From Squalus acanthias (Eukaryota): 64,000 bases of DNA. Positions within the stretch are counted from its first letter, which is position 1, and every line of letters starts with the position of its first letter. The translations under genes and the position numbers were made by a program. A model generated the notes under the pieces. It was not told the origin of the DNA. It did not search any database and worked only from the letters and a program-made list of their open reading frames with translations. This document shows positions 34,601-49,600 of this stretch, one piece after another. Location of the stretch: positions 54,252,001-54,316,000 of the forward strand of contig CM059438.1 in assembly GCA_030390025.1 (NCBI GenBank), given 5' to 3'.

Positions 34601-37600
34601 CACAATTACTGGGAGTGGGATTAAACACAATTCACTGGGAGTGCGATTAAACACAATTACTGGAGTGGGATTAAACACAATTACTGGGAGTGCGAATTAA
34701 ACACAATTACTTGAGTGCGATTAAACACAATTACTGGAGTGCGATTAAACACAATTACTGGGAGTGGGATTAAACACAATACTGGGAGTGCGATTAAACA
34801 CAATCACTGGGAGTGCGATTAAACACAATTACTGGGAGTGCGATTAAACACAAATACTGGGTGTGCGATTAAACACAATCACTGGGAGTGGGATTAAACA
34901 CAATCACTGGGGAGTGCGATTAAACACAATTACTGGGAGTGGATTAAACACAATCACTGGGAGTGCGGATTAAAAACAATCCTGGGAGTGCGATTAAACA
35001 CAATCACTGGGGAGTGGATTAAACACAATCACTGGGAGTGGCGATTAAACACAATTACTGGGATGTGCGATTAAACACAATTACTGGGAGTGCGATATAA
35101 ACACAATCACTGGAGTGGGATTAAACACAATCACTGGGAGTGGGATTAACACAATCACTGGGAGTGCGATTAAACACAATCACTGGGAGTGGGATTAAAC
35201 ACAATTACTGGGAGTGCAATTAAACACAATCACTTTGAGTGGGATTAAACACACTCACTGGGGTGGGATTAAACACAATTATGGGAGTGCGATTAAACAC
35301 AATTACTGGGTGTGGGATTAAACACAATCACTGGGAGTGCGATTTAAACACTATCACTGGGAGTGGGATTAAACAGAATCACTGGGAGTGGGATTAACCA
35401 CAATCACTGGGAGTGGGATTAAACACAATCACTGGGAGTGGGATTAAACACAATCACTGGGAGTGGATTAAACACAATTACTGGGAGTGGATATTAAACA
35501 CAATTACTGGGAGTGGGATTAAACACAATCACTGGGAGTGGGATTAAACACAATCACTGGGAGTGGGAATTAAACACAATTACTGGGAGTGGGATTAAAC
35601 ACAATTACTCGGAGTGGGATTAAACACAATACTGGGAGTGGGATTAAACACAATTACTGGGAGTGGGATTAAACACAATTACTGGGAATGGGATTAAACA
35701 CAATTACTGGGAGTGGGATTAAACACAATTACTGGGAGTGGGATTAAACACAAACACTGGGAATGGGATTAAACACAATTACTGGGAGTGGGATTAAACA
35801 CAATTACTGGGAATGGGATTAAACACAATTACTGGGAGTGGGATTAAACACAATTACTGGGAGTGGGATTAAACACAATCACTGGGAATGGGATTAAACA
35901 CAATCACTGGGAATGGGATTAAACACAATTACTGGGAATGGGATTAAACACAATTACTGGGAGTGGGATTAAACACAATCACTGGGATGCGATTAACACA
36001 ATTACTGGGAGTGGGATTAAACACAATCACTGGGAGTGGGATTAAACACAATCACTGGGAGTGGGATATAAACACAATCACTGGGAGTGGGATTAAACAC
36101 AATCACTGGATGTGCGATTTGACACAATTACTGGGAGTGGGATTAAACAATCACTGGGAGTGCGTCGATTAAACACAATTCACTGGGAGTGCGGATTAAA
36201 CACAATCACTGGGAGTGGGATTAAACACTAATTACTGGGAGTGCGATAAACACAATTACTGGGATTGGGATTAAACACAATTACTGGGAGTGGGAATTAA
36301 ACACAATTACTGGGAGTGCGATTAAACACAATTACTGGGAGTGCGGATTAAACACAATTACTGGTGTTGTTAAACACAAATACTGGGAGTGCGATAAAAC
36401 ACAATCACTGGGAGTGGCGATTAAACACAATTACTGGGAGTGCGATTAAACACAATTACTGGAGTGGGATTAAACACAATTACTGGGACGTGCGATTAAA
36501 ACACAATTACTGGGAGTGCGATTAAACACAATCACTGGGAGTGGGATTAAACACAATTACTGGGAGTGCGATTAAACACAATTACTGGGAGTGGGATTAA
36601 ACACAATTACTGGGAGTGGGATTAACACATTACTGGGAGTGCGATTAAACACAATCACTGGAGTGGGATTAAACACAATTACTGGGAGTGCGATTAAACA
36701 CAATTACTGGGAGTGGGATTAAACACAATACTGGGAGTGCGATTAAACACAATCACTGGGAGTGGGATTAAACACAATCACTGGGAGTGGGATTAAACAC
36801 AATTACTGGGAGTGCGATTAAACACAATCACTGGGAGTGGGATTAAACACAATTACTGGGAGTGGGATTAAACACAATCACTGGGAGTGGGATTAAACAC
36901 AATCACTGGGAGTGGGATTAAACACAATTACTGGGAGTGGGATTAAACACAATTACTGGGAGTGGGATTAAACACAATACTGGGAGTGGGATTAAACACA
37001 ATCACTGGGAGTGGGATTAAACACAATCACTGGGAGTGGGATTAAACACAATCACTGGGAGTGGGATTAAACACAATTACTGGGAGTGGGATTAAACACA
37101 ATTACTGGGAGTGCGATTAAACACAATTACTGGGAGTGGGATTAAACACAATCACTGGGAGTGGGATTAAACACAATCACTGGGAGTGGGATTAACACAA
37201 TTACTGGGAGTGGGATTAAACACAATCACTGGAGTGGGATTAAACACAATTACTGGGAGTGGATTAAACACAATCACTTGGAGTGGGATTAAACACAATC
37301 ACTGGGAGTGGGATTAAACACAATTACTGGGAGTGGATTAAACACAATTACTGGGTGTGGGATTAAACACAATCACTGGGAGTGGATTAAACACTATCAC
37401 TGGGAGTGGGATTAAACAGAATCACTGGGAGTGGGATTAAACACAATCACTGGGAGTGGGATTAAACACAATCACTGGGAGTGGGATTAAACACAATCAC
37501 TGGGAGTGGGATTAAACACAATTACTGGGAGTGGGATTAAACACAATTACTGGGAGTGGGATTAAACACAATCACTGGGAGTGGGATTAAACACAATCAC

Positions 37601-40600
37601 TGGGAGTGGGATTAAACACAATTACTGGGAGTGGGATTAAACACAATTACTGGAGTGGGATTAAACACCAATTACTGGGAGTGGGATTAAACACAATTAC
37701 TGGGAGTGGGATTAAACACAATTACTGGGAATGGGATTAAACACAATTACTGGGAGTGGATTAAACACAATTACTGGGAGTGGGATTAAACACAATCACT
37801 GGGAATGGGAATTAAACACAATTACTGGGAGTGGATTAAACACAATTACTGGGAATGGGATTAAACACAATTACTGGGAGTGGGATTAAACACAATTACT
37901 GGAGTGGGATTAAACACAATCACTGGGAATGGGATTAAACACAATCACTGGGAATGGGATTAAACACAATTACTGGGAATGGGATTAAACACAATCACTG
38001 GGAGTGGGATTAAACACAATCACTGGGAATGCGATTAAACACAATTACTGGGAGTGGGATTAAACACAATCACTGGGAGTGGGATTAAACACAATCACTG
38101 GGAGTGGGATTAAACACAATCACTGGGAGTGGGATTAAACACAATCACTGGGAGTGCGATTTGACACAATTACTGGGAGTGGGATTAAACAATCACTGGG
38201 AGTGCGATTAAACACAATCACTGGGAGTGGGATTAAACACAATCACTGGGAGTGCGATTAAACACAATCACTGGGAGTGCGATTAAACACAATTACTGGG
38301 AATGGGATTAACACAATCACTGGGAGTGGATTAAACACAATTACTGGGAGTGGGATTAAACACAATCACTGGGAGTGGGATTAAACACAATTACTGGGAG
38401 TGCGATTAAACACAATTACTGGGAGTGGATTAAACACAATTACTTTGAGTGGGATTAAACACAATTACTGGGAGTGCGATTAAACACAATTACTGGGAGT
38501 GGGATTAAACACAATTACTGGGAGTGCGATTAAACACAATTACTGGGAGTGGGATTAAACACAATTACTGGGAGTGCGATTAAACACAATTACTGGGAGT
38601 GCGATTAAACACAATCACTGGGAGTGGGATTAAACACAATTACTGGGAGTGCGATTAAACACAATTACTGGGAGTGGGATAAACACAATTACTGGGAGTG
38701 CGATTAAACACAATTACTGGGAGTGCGATTAACACAATCACTGGAGTGGGATTAAACACAATTCCGGGAGTGCGATTAAACACAATTACTGGGAGTGCGA
38801 TTAAACACAATTACTGGGAGTGCGATTAAACACAATCACTGGGAGTGGGATTAAACACCTATCACTGGGTGTGGGATTAAACACAATTACTGGGAGTGCG
38901 ATTAAACACAATCACTGGGAGTGGGATTAAACACAATTACTGGGAGTGCAATTAAACACAATCACTTTGAGTGGGATTAAACACAATCACTGGGAGTGGG
39001 ATTAAACACAATTACTGGGAGTGCGATTAAAACACAATTACTGGGTGTGGGATTAAACACAATCACTGGGAGTGCGATTAAACACTATCACTGGGAGTGG
39101 GAATAAACAGAATCACTGGGAGTGGGATTAAACACAATCACTGGGAGTGCGATTAAACACAATTACTGGGAGTGCGATTAAACACATTTACTGGGAGTGC
39201 GATTAAACACAATCACTGGGAGTGCGATTAAACACATTTACTGGGAGTGCGATTAAACACAATCACTGGGAGTGCGATTAAACACAATTACTGGGAGTGG
39301 GATTAAACACAATTACTGGGAGTGCGATTAAACACAATCACAGAGTGGGATTAAACACAATCACTGGGAGTGCGATTAAACACAATCACTGGGAAGTGGG
39401 ATTAAACACAATCACTGAGAGTGGGATTTAAACACAATCACTGGGAGTGGGATTAAACACAATTACTGGGAGTGCGATTAAACACAATTACTGGGAGTGC
39501 GATTAAACACAATCACTGGGAGTGGGATTAAAACACAATCACTGGGAGTGGGATTAAACACAATCACTGGGAGTGGGATTAAACACAATTACTGGGTGTG
39601 GGATTAAACACAATCACTGGGAGTGGGATTAAACACTATCACTGGGAGTGCGATTAAAACACTATCACTGGGAGTGGGATTAAACAGAATCACTGGGAGT
39701 GGATTAAACAATCACTGGGAGTGGGATTAAACACAATCACTGGGAGTGGGATTAAACAATACTGGGAGCGGGATTAAACAATCACTGGGAGTGGGATTAA
39801 ACACAATCACTGGGAGAGGGATTAAACAGTCACTGGGAGTGGATTAAACACAATCACTGGGAGTGGGATTAAACACAGTTACTGGGAGTGGGATTAAACA
39901 CAATTACTGGGAGTGGGATTAAACACTAACACTGGGAGTGGGATTAAACACAATCACTGGGAATGGGATTAAACACAATTACTGGGAGTGGGATTAAACA
40001 CTATCACTGGGAGTGGGATTAAACACAATCACTGGGAATGGGATTTAAACACAATTACTGGGAGTGGGATTAAACACTATCACTGGGAGTGCGATTAAAC
40101 ACAATCACTGGGAGTGGGATTAAACAATCACTGGGAGCAGGATTAAACAATCACTGGAGGTGTGGATTAACACAATCTGCTGGGAGGGATAAACAGTCAC
40201 TGGGAGTGGGATTAACACAATCCACTGGAGCGGGACTTAAACAATCACTGGGAAGTGGGATTAACACAATTACTGTGAGTGGGATTAAACACAATTACTG
40301 GGAGTGGGATTAAACACAATCACAGGGAGTGGGATTAAACACAATTACTGGGGAGTGGATTAAACACAATTACTGGGAGTGGGATTAAACACAATTACTG
40401 GGAGTGGGATTAAACAATTACTGGGAGTGGATTAAACACAATCACTGGGAGTGGGATTAAACATAATTACTGGGAGTGGGAATTAAACACAATTACTGGG
40501 AGTGGGATTAAACACAATCACTGGGAGTGGATTAAAACACAATTACTGGGAGTGGGATTAAAACAAATTACTGGGAGTGGGATTAAACACAATTACTGGG

Positions 40601-43600
40601 AGTGCGATTAAACACAATTACTGGGAGTGGATTAAACACAATTACTGGGAGTGGGATTAAACACAATTACTGGGAGTGGGATTAAACACAATTACTGGGA
40701 GTGCGATTACGCACAATTACTGGGAGTGCGATTAAGCACAATCACTGGGAGTGGGATTAAACACAATTACTGGGAGTGGGATTAAACACAATCACTGGGA
40801 GTGCGATTAAACACAATTACTGGGAGTGGGATTAAACACAATCACTGGGAGTGGGAATAAACACAATTACTGGGAGTGGGATTAAACACAATCATTGGGA
40901 GTGCGATTAAACAGAATTACTGGGAGTGGGATTAAACAATCACTCGGAGTGGAATTAAACACAATTCCTTGGAATGGGATTAAACACAATCACTGGGAGA
41001 GGGATTAAACACAATTATTGGGAGTGGGATTAAACACAATCACTGGTAGCGGGATTAAACACAATTACTGGGAGTGCGATTAAACACATTTACAGGGAGT
41101 GGGATTAAACACAATTACTGGGAGTGGGATTAAACACAATTACTGGGAGTGGGATTAAACACAATTACTGGGAGTGCGATTAAACACATTTACTGGGAGT
41201 GGGATTAAACACATTTACTGGGAGTGCGATTAAACACATTTACTGGGAGTGGGATTAAACACATTTACTGGGAGTGGGATTAAACACATTTACTGGGAGT
41301 GGGATTAAACACATTTACTGGGAGTGCGATTAAACACAATTACTGGGTGTGGGATTAAACACATTTACTGGGAGTGGGATTAAACACAATTACTGGGAGT
41401 TCGATTAAACACAATTACTGGGAGTGCGATTAAACACAATCACTGGGAATGGGATTAAACACAATCACTGGGAGTGGGATTAAACACAATTACTGGGAGT
41501 GGGGTTAAACACATTTACTGGGAGTGGGATTAAACACAATCACTGGGAATGGGATTAAACACAATCACTGGGAGTGGGATTAAACACAATTACTGGGAGT
41601 GGGATTAAACACAATCACTTTGAGTGGGATTAAACACAATCACTGGGAGTGGGATTAAACACAATCACTGGGAGTGGGATTAAACACAATCACTGGGAGT
41701 GGGATTAAACACAATTACTGGGAGTGGATTAAACACAATTACTGGGAGTGGGATTAAACACAATCACTGGAGTGGGATTAAACACAATCACTGGGAGTGG
41801 GATTAAACACAATCACTGGGAGTTCGATTAAACACAATTACTGGGAGTGCGATTAAACACAATTACTGGAGTGGGATTAAACACAATTACTGGGAGTGGG
41901 ATTAAACACAATTACTGGGAGTGGATTAAACACAATTACTGGGAGTGGGATTAAACACAATTACTGGGAGTGCGATTAAACACATTACTGGGAGTGGGAT
42001 TAAACACAATCACTGGGAGTGGGATTAAACACATTTACTGGGAGTGGGATTAAACACATTACTGGGAGTGGGATTAAACACAATCACTGGGAGTGGGATT
42101 AAACACAATTACTGGGAGTGGATTAAACACAATTACTGGGAGTGGGATTAAACACAATCACTGGGAGTGGGATTAAACACAATTACTGGGAGTGCGATTA
42201 AACACAATCACTGGGAGTGCGATTAAACACAATTACTGGGAGTGGGATTAAACACAATCACTGGGAGTGGGATTAAACACAATTACTGGGAATGGATTAA
42301 ACACAATTACTGGGAGTGGGATTAAACACAATTACTGGGAGTGCGATTAAACACAATCTGGGAGTGGGATTAAACACAATCTACTGGGAGTGGGATTAAA
42401 CACAATCACTGGGAGTGCGATTAAACACAATTACTGGGAGTGGGATTAAACACAATTACTGGGAGTGGGATTAAACACAATCACTGGGAGTGGGATTAAA
42501 CACAATCACTGGGAGTGGGATTAAACACAATCACTGGGAGTGGGATTAAACACAATCACTGGAGTGGGATTAAACACAATCACTGGGAGTGGGATTAAAC
42601 ACAATTACTGGGAGTGGGATTAAACACAATTACTGGGAGTGCGATTAAACACAATCACTGAGAGTGGGATTAAACACAATCACTGGGAGTGGGATTAAAC
42701 ACAATCACTGGGAGTGGGATTAAACACAATTACTGGGTGTGGGATTAAACACAATCACTGGGAGTGGGATTAAACACTATCACTGGGAGTGCGATTAAAC
42801 ACTATCACTGGGAGTGGGATTAAACAGAATCACTGGGAGTGGGATTAAACAATCACTGGGAGTGGGATTAAACACAATCACTGGGAGTGGGATTAAACAA
42901 TCACTGGGAGCGGGATTAAACAATCACTGGGAGTGGGATTAAACACAATCACTGGGAGCGGGATTAAACAGTCACTGGGAGTGGGATTAAACACAATCAC
43001 TGGGAGTGGGATTAAACACAGTTACTGGGAGTGGGATTAAACACAATTACTGGGAGTGGGATTAAACACTAACACTGGGAGTGGGATTAAACACAATCAC
43101 TGGGAATGGGATTAAACACAATTACTGGGAGTGGGATTAAACACTATCACTGGGAGTGGGATTAAACACAATCACTGGGAATGGGATTAAACACAATTAC
43201 TGGGAGTGGGATTAAACACTATCACTGGGAGTGCGATTAAACACAATCACTGGGAGTGGGATTAAACAATCACTGGGAGCAGGATTAAACAATCACTGGG
43301 AGTGGGATTAAACACAATCTCTGGGAGCGGGATTAAACAGTCACTGGGAGTGGGATTAAACACAATCACTGGGAGCGGGATTAAACAATCACTGGGAGTG
43401 GGATTAAACACAATTACTGTGAGTGGGATTAAACACAATTACTGGGAGTGGGATTAAACACAATCACAGGGAGTGGGATTAAACACAATTACTGGGAGTG
43501 GGATTAAACACAATTACTGGGAGTGGGATTAAACACAATTACTGGGAGTGGGATTAAACAATTACTGGGAGTGGGATTAAACACAATCACTGGGAGTGGG

Positions 43601-46600
43601 ATTAAACACAATTACTGGGAGTGGGATTAAACACAATTACTGGGAGTGGGATTAAACACAATCACTGGGAGTGGGATTAAACACAATTACTGGGAGTGGG
43701 ATTAAACACAATTACTGGGAGTGGGATTAAACACAATTACTGGGAGTGCGATTAAACACAATTACTGGGAGTGGGATTAAACACAATTACTGGGAGTGGG
43801 ATTAAACACAATTACTGGGAGTGGGATTAAACACAATTACTGGGAGTGCGATTACGCACAATTACTGGGAGTGCGATTAAGCACAATCACTGGGAGTGGG
43901 ATTAAACACAATTACTGGGAGTGGGATTAAACACAATCACTGGGAGTGCGATTAAACACAATTACTGGGAGTGGGATTAAACACAATCACTGGGAGTGGG
44001 ATTAAACACAATTACTGGGAGTGGGATTAAACACAATCATTGGGAGTGCGATTAAACAGAATTACTGGGAGTGGGATTAAACACAATTACTGGGAGTGGG
44101 ATTAAACACAATTACTGGGAGTGGGATTAAACACAATCACTGGGAGTGCGATTAAACACAATTACTGGGAGTGCGATTAAACACAATCACTGGGAGTGCG
44201 ATTAAACACAATTACTGGGAGTGGGATTAAACACAATCACTGGGAGTGGGATTAAACACAATCACTGGGAGTGGGATTAAACACAATCACTGGGAGTGCG
44301 ATTAAACACAATTACTGGGAGTGCGATTAAACACAATCACTGGGAGTGCGATTAAACACAATTACTGGGAGTGGGATTAAACAATCACTGGGAGTGCGAT
44401 TAAACACAATTACTGGGAGTGCGATTAAACACAATTACTGGGAGTGGGATTAAACACAATTACTTTGAGTGCGATTAAACACAATTACTGGGAGTGCGAT
44501 TAAACACAATTACTGGGAGTGGGATTAAACACAATTACTGGGAGTGCGATTAAACACAATTACTGGGAGTGGGATTAAACACAATTACTGGGAGTGCGAT
44601 TAAACACAATTACTGGGAGTGCGATTAAACACAATCACTGGGAGTGGGATTAAACACAATTACTGGGAGTGCGATTAAACACAATTACTGGGAGTGGGAT
44701 TAAACACAATTACTGGGAGTGCGATTAAACACAATTACTGGGAGTGCGATTAAACACAATCACTGGGAGTGGGATTAAACACAATTACTGGGAGTGCGAT
44801 TAAACACAATTACTGGGAGTGCGATTAAACACAATTACTGGGAGTGGGATTAAACACAATCACTGGGAGTGGGATTAAACACAATCACTGGGAGTGGGAT
44901 TAAACACAATTACTGGGAGTGCGATTAAACACAATCACTGGGAGTGGGATTAAACACAATTACTGGGAGTGGATTAAACACAATCACTGGAGTGGGATTA
45001 AACACAATCACTGGGAGTGGGATTAAACACAATTACTGGGAGTGCGATTAAACACAATTACTGGGAGTGGGATTAAACACAATCACTGGGAGTGCGATTA
45101 AACACTATCACTGGGAGTGGGATTAAACAGAATCACTGGGAGTGGGATTAAACACAATCACTGGGAGTGCGATTAAACACAATTACTGGGAGTGCGATTA
45201 AACACATTTACTGGGAGTGCGATTAAACACAATCACTGGGAGTGCGATTAAACACAATTACTGGGAGTGCGATTAAACACAATCACTGGGAGTGCGATTA
45301 AACACAATTACTGGGAGTGGGATTAAACACAATTACTGGGAGTGCGATTAAACACAATCACTGGAGTGGGATTAAACACAATCACTGGGAGTGCGATTAA
45401 ACACAATCACTGGGAGTGGGATTAAACACAATCACTGAGAGTGGGATTAAACACAATCACTGGGAGTGGGATTAAACACAATTACTGGGAGTGCGATTAA
45501 ACACAATTACTGGGAGTGCGATTAAACACAATTACTGGGAGTGGATTAAGCACAATTACTGGGAGTGGGATTAAACACAATCACTGGGAGTGGGATTAAA
45601 CACAATTACTGGGAGTGGGATTAAACACAATCACTGGGAGTGCGATTAAACACAATTACTGGGAGTGGGATTAAACACAATCACTGGGAGTGGGATTAAA
45701 CACAATTACTGGGAGTGGGATTAAACACAATCACTTGGGAGTGCGATTAAACAGAATTACTGGAGTGGGATTAAACACAATTACTGGGAGTGGGATTAAA
45801 CACAATTACTGGGAGTGGGATTAAACACAATCACTGGGAGTGCGATTAAACACAATTACTGGGAGTGCGATTAAACACAATCACTGGGAGTGCGATTAAA
45901 CACAATTACTGGGAGTGGGATTAAACACAATCACTGGGAGTGGGATTAAACACAATCACTGGGAGTGGGATTAAACACAATCACTGGGAGTGCGATTAAA
46001 CACAATTACTGGGAGTGCGATTAAACACAATCACTGGGAGTGCGATTAAACACAATTACTGGGAGTGGGATTAAACACAATTACTGGGAGTGCGATTACG
46101 CACAATTACTGGGAGTGCGATTAAGCACAATCACTGGGAGTGGGATTAAACACAATTACTGGGAGTGGGATTAAACACAATCACTGGGAGTGCGATTAAA
46201 CACAATTACTGGGAGTGGGATTAAACACAATCACTGGGAGTGGGATTAAACACAATTACTGGGAGTGGGATTAAACACAATCATTGGGAGTGCGATTAAA
46301 CAGAATTACTGGGAGTGGGATTAAACACAATTACTGGGAGTGGGATTAAACACAATTACTGGGAGTGGGATTAAACACAATCACTGGGAGTGCGATTAAA
46401 CACAATTACTGGGAGTGCGATTAAACACAATCACTGGGAGTGCGATTAAACACAATTACTGGGAGTGGGATTAAACACAATCACTGGGAGTGGGATTAAA
46501 CACAATCACTGGGAGTGGGATTAAACACAATCACTGGGAGTGCGATTAAACACAATTACTGGGAGTGCGATTAAACACAATCACTGGGAGTGCGATTAAA

Positions 46601-49600
46601 CACAATTACTGGGAGTGGGATTAAACAATCACTGGGAGTGCGATTAAACACAATTACTGGGAGTGCGATTAAACACAATTACTGGGAGTGGGATTAAACA
46701 CAATTACTTTGAGTGCGATTAAACACAATTACTGGGAGTGCGATTAAACACAATTACTGGGAGTGGGATTAAACACAATTACTGGGAGTGCGATTAAACA
46801 CAATTACTGGGAGTGGGATTAAACACAATTACTGGGAGTGCGATTAAACACAATTACTGGGAGTGCGATTAAACACAATCACTGGGAGTGGGATTAAACA
46901 CAATTACTGGGAGTGCGATTAAACACAAATACTGGGAGTGGATTAAACACAATTACTGGGAGTGCGATTAAACACAATTACTGGGAGTGCGATTAAACAC
47001 AATCACTGGGAGTGGGATTAAACACAATTACTGGGAGTGCGATTAAACACAATTACTGGGAGTGCGATTAAACACAATTACTGGGAGTGCGATTAAACAC
47101 AATCACTGGGAGTGGGATTAAACACAATCACTGGGTGTGGGATTAAACACAATTACTGGGAGTGCGATTAAACACAATCACTGGGAGTGGGATTAAACAC
47201 AATTACTGGGAGTGCAATTAAACACAATCACTTTGAGTGGGATTAAACACAATCACTGGGAGTGGGATTAAACACAATTACTGGGAGTGCGATTAAACAC
47301 AATTACTGGGTGTGGGATTAAACACAATCACTGGGAGTGCGATTAAACACTATCACTGGGAGTGGGATTAAACAGAATCACTGGGAGTGGGATTAAACAC
47401 AATCACTGGGAGTGCGATTAAACACAATTACTGGGAGTGCGATTAAACACATTTACTGGGAGTGCGATTAAACACAATCACTGGGAGTGCGATTAAACAC
47501 ATTTACTGGGAGTGCGATTAAACACAATCACTGGGAGTGCGATTAAACACAATTACTGGGAGTGGGATTAAACACAATTACTGGGAGTGCGATTAAACAC
47601 AATCACTGAGAGTGGGATTAAACACAATCACTGGGAGTGCGATTAAACACAATCACTGGGAGTGGGATTAAACACAATCACTGAGAGTGGGATTAAACAC
47701 AATCACTGGGAGTGGGATTAAACACAATTACTGGGAGTGCGATTAAACACAATTACTGGGAGTGCGATTAAACACAATTACTGGGAGTGCGATTACGCAC
47801 AATTACTGGGAGTGCGATTAAGCACAATCACTGGGAGTGGGATTAAACACAATTACTGGGAGTGGGATTAAACACAATCACTGGGAGTGCGATTAAACAC
47901 AATTACTGGGAGTGGGATTAAACACAATCACTGGGAGTGGGATTAAACACAATTACTGGGAGTGGGATTAAACACAATCATTGGGAGTGCGATTAAACAG
48001 AATTACTGGGAGTGGGATTAAACACAATTACTGGGAGTGGGATTAAACACAATTACTGGGAGTGGGATTAAAACACAATCACTGGGAGTGCGATTAAACA
48101 CAATTACTGGGAGTGCGATTAAACACAATCACTGGGAGTGCGATTAAACACAATTACTGGGAGTGGGATTAAACACAATCACTGGGAGTGGGATTAAACA
48201 CAATCACTGGGAGTGGGATTAAACACAATCACTGGGAGTGCGATTAAACACAATTACTGGGAGTGCGATTAAACACAATCACTGGGAGTGCGATTAAACA
48301 CAATTACTGGGAGTGGGATTAAACAATCACTGGGAGTGCGATTAAACACAATTACTGGGAGTGCGATTAAACACAATTACTGGGAGTGGGATTAAACACA
48401 ATTACTTTGAGTGCGATTAAACACAATTACTGGGAGTGCGATTAAACACAATTACTGGGAGTGGGATTAAACACAATTACTGGGAGTGCGATTAAACACA
48501 ATTACTGGGAGTGGGATTAAACACAATTACTGGGAGTGCGATTAAACACAATTACTGGGAGTGCGATTAAACACAATCACTGGGAGTGGGATTAAACACA
48601 ATTACTGGGAGTGCGATTAAACACAATTACTGGGAGTGGGATTAAACACAATTACTGGGAGTGCGATTAAACACAATTACTGGGAGTGCGATTAAACACA
48701 ATCACTGGGAGTGGGATTAAACACAATTACTGGGAGTGCGATTAAACACAATTACTGGGAGTGCGATTAAACACAATTACTGGGAGTGCGATTAAACACA
48801 ATCACTGGGAGTGGGATTAAACACAATCACTGGGTGTGGGATTAAACACAATTACTGGGAGTGCGATTAAACACAATCACTGGGAGTGGGATTAAACACA
48901 ATTACTGGGAGTGCAATTAAACACAATCACTTTGAGTGGGATTAAACACAATCACTGGGAGTGGGATTAAACACAATTACTGGGAGTGCGATTAAACACA
49001 ATTACTGGGTGTGGGATTAAACACAATCACTGGGAGTGCGATTAAACACTATCACTGGGAGTGGGATTAAACAGAATCACTGGGAGTGGGATTAAACACA
49101 ATCACTGGGAGTGCGATTAAACACAATTACTGGGAGTGCGATTAAACACATTTACTGGGAGTGCGATTAAACACAATCACTGGGAGTGCGATTAAACACA
49201 TTTACTGGGAGTGCGATTAAACACAATCACTGGGAGTGCGATTAAACACAATTACTGGGAGTGGGATTAAACACAATTACTGGGAGTGCGATTAAACACA
49301 ATCACAGAGTGGGATTAAACACAATCACTGGGAGTGCGATTAAACACAATCACTGGGAGTGGGATTAAACACAATCACTGAGAGTGGGATTAAACACAAT
49401 CACTGGGAGTGGGATTAAACACAATTACTGGGAGTGCGATTAAACACAATTACTGGGAGTGCGATTAAACACAATCACTGAGAGTGGGATTAAACACAAT
49501 CACTGGGAGTGGGATTAAACACAATCACTGGGAGTGGGATTAAACACAATTACTGGGTGTGGGATTAAACACAATCACTGGGAGTGGGATTAAACACTAT

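Noticed and set aside
31761..40313. Short ORFs within the satellite
   Set aside because: They arise only where indels shift the recurrent TAA out of frame.
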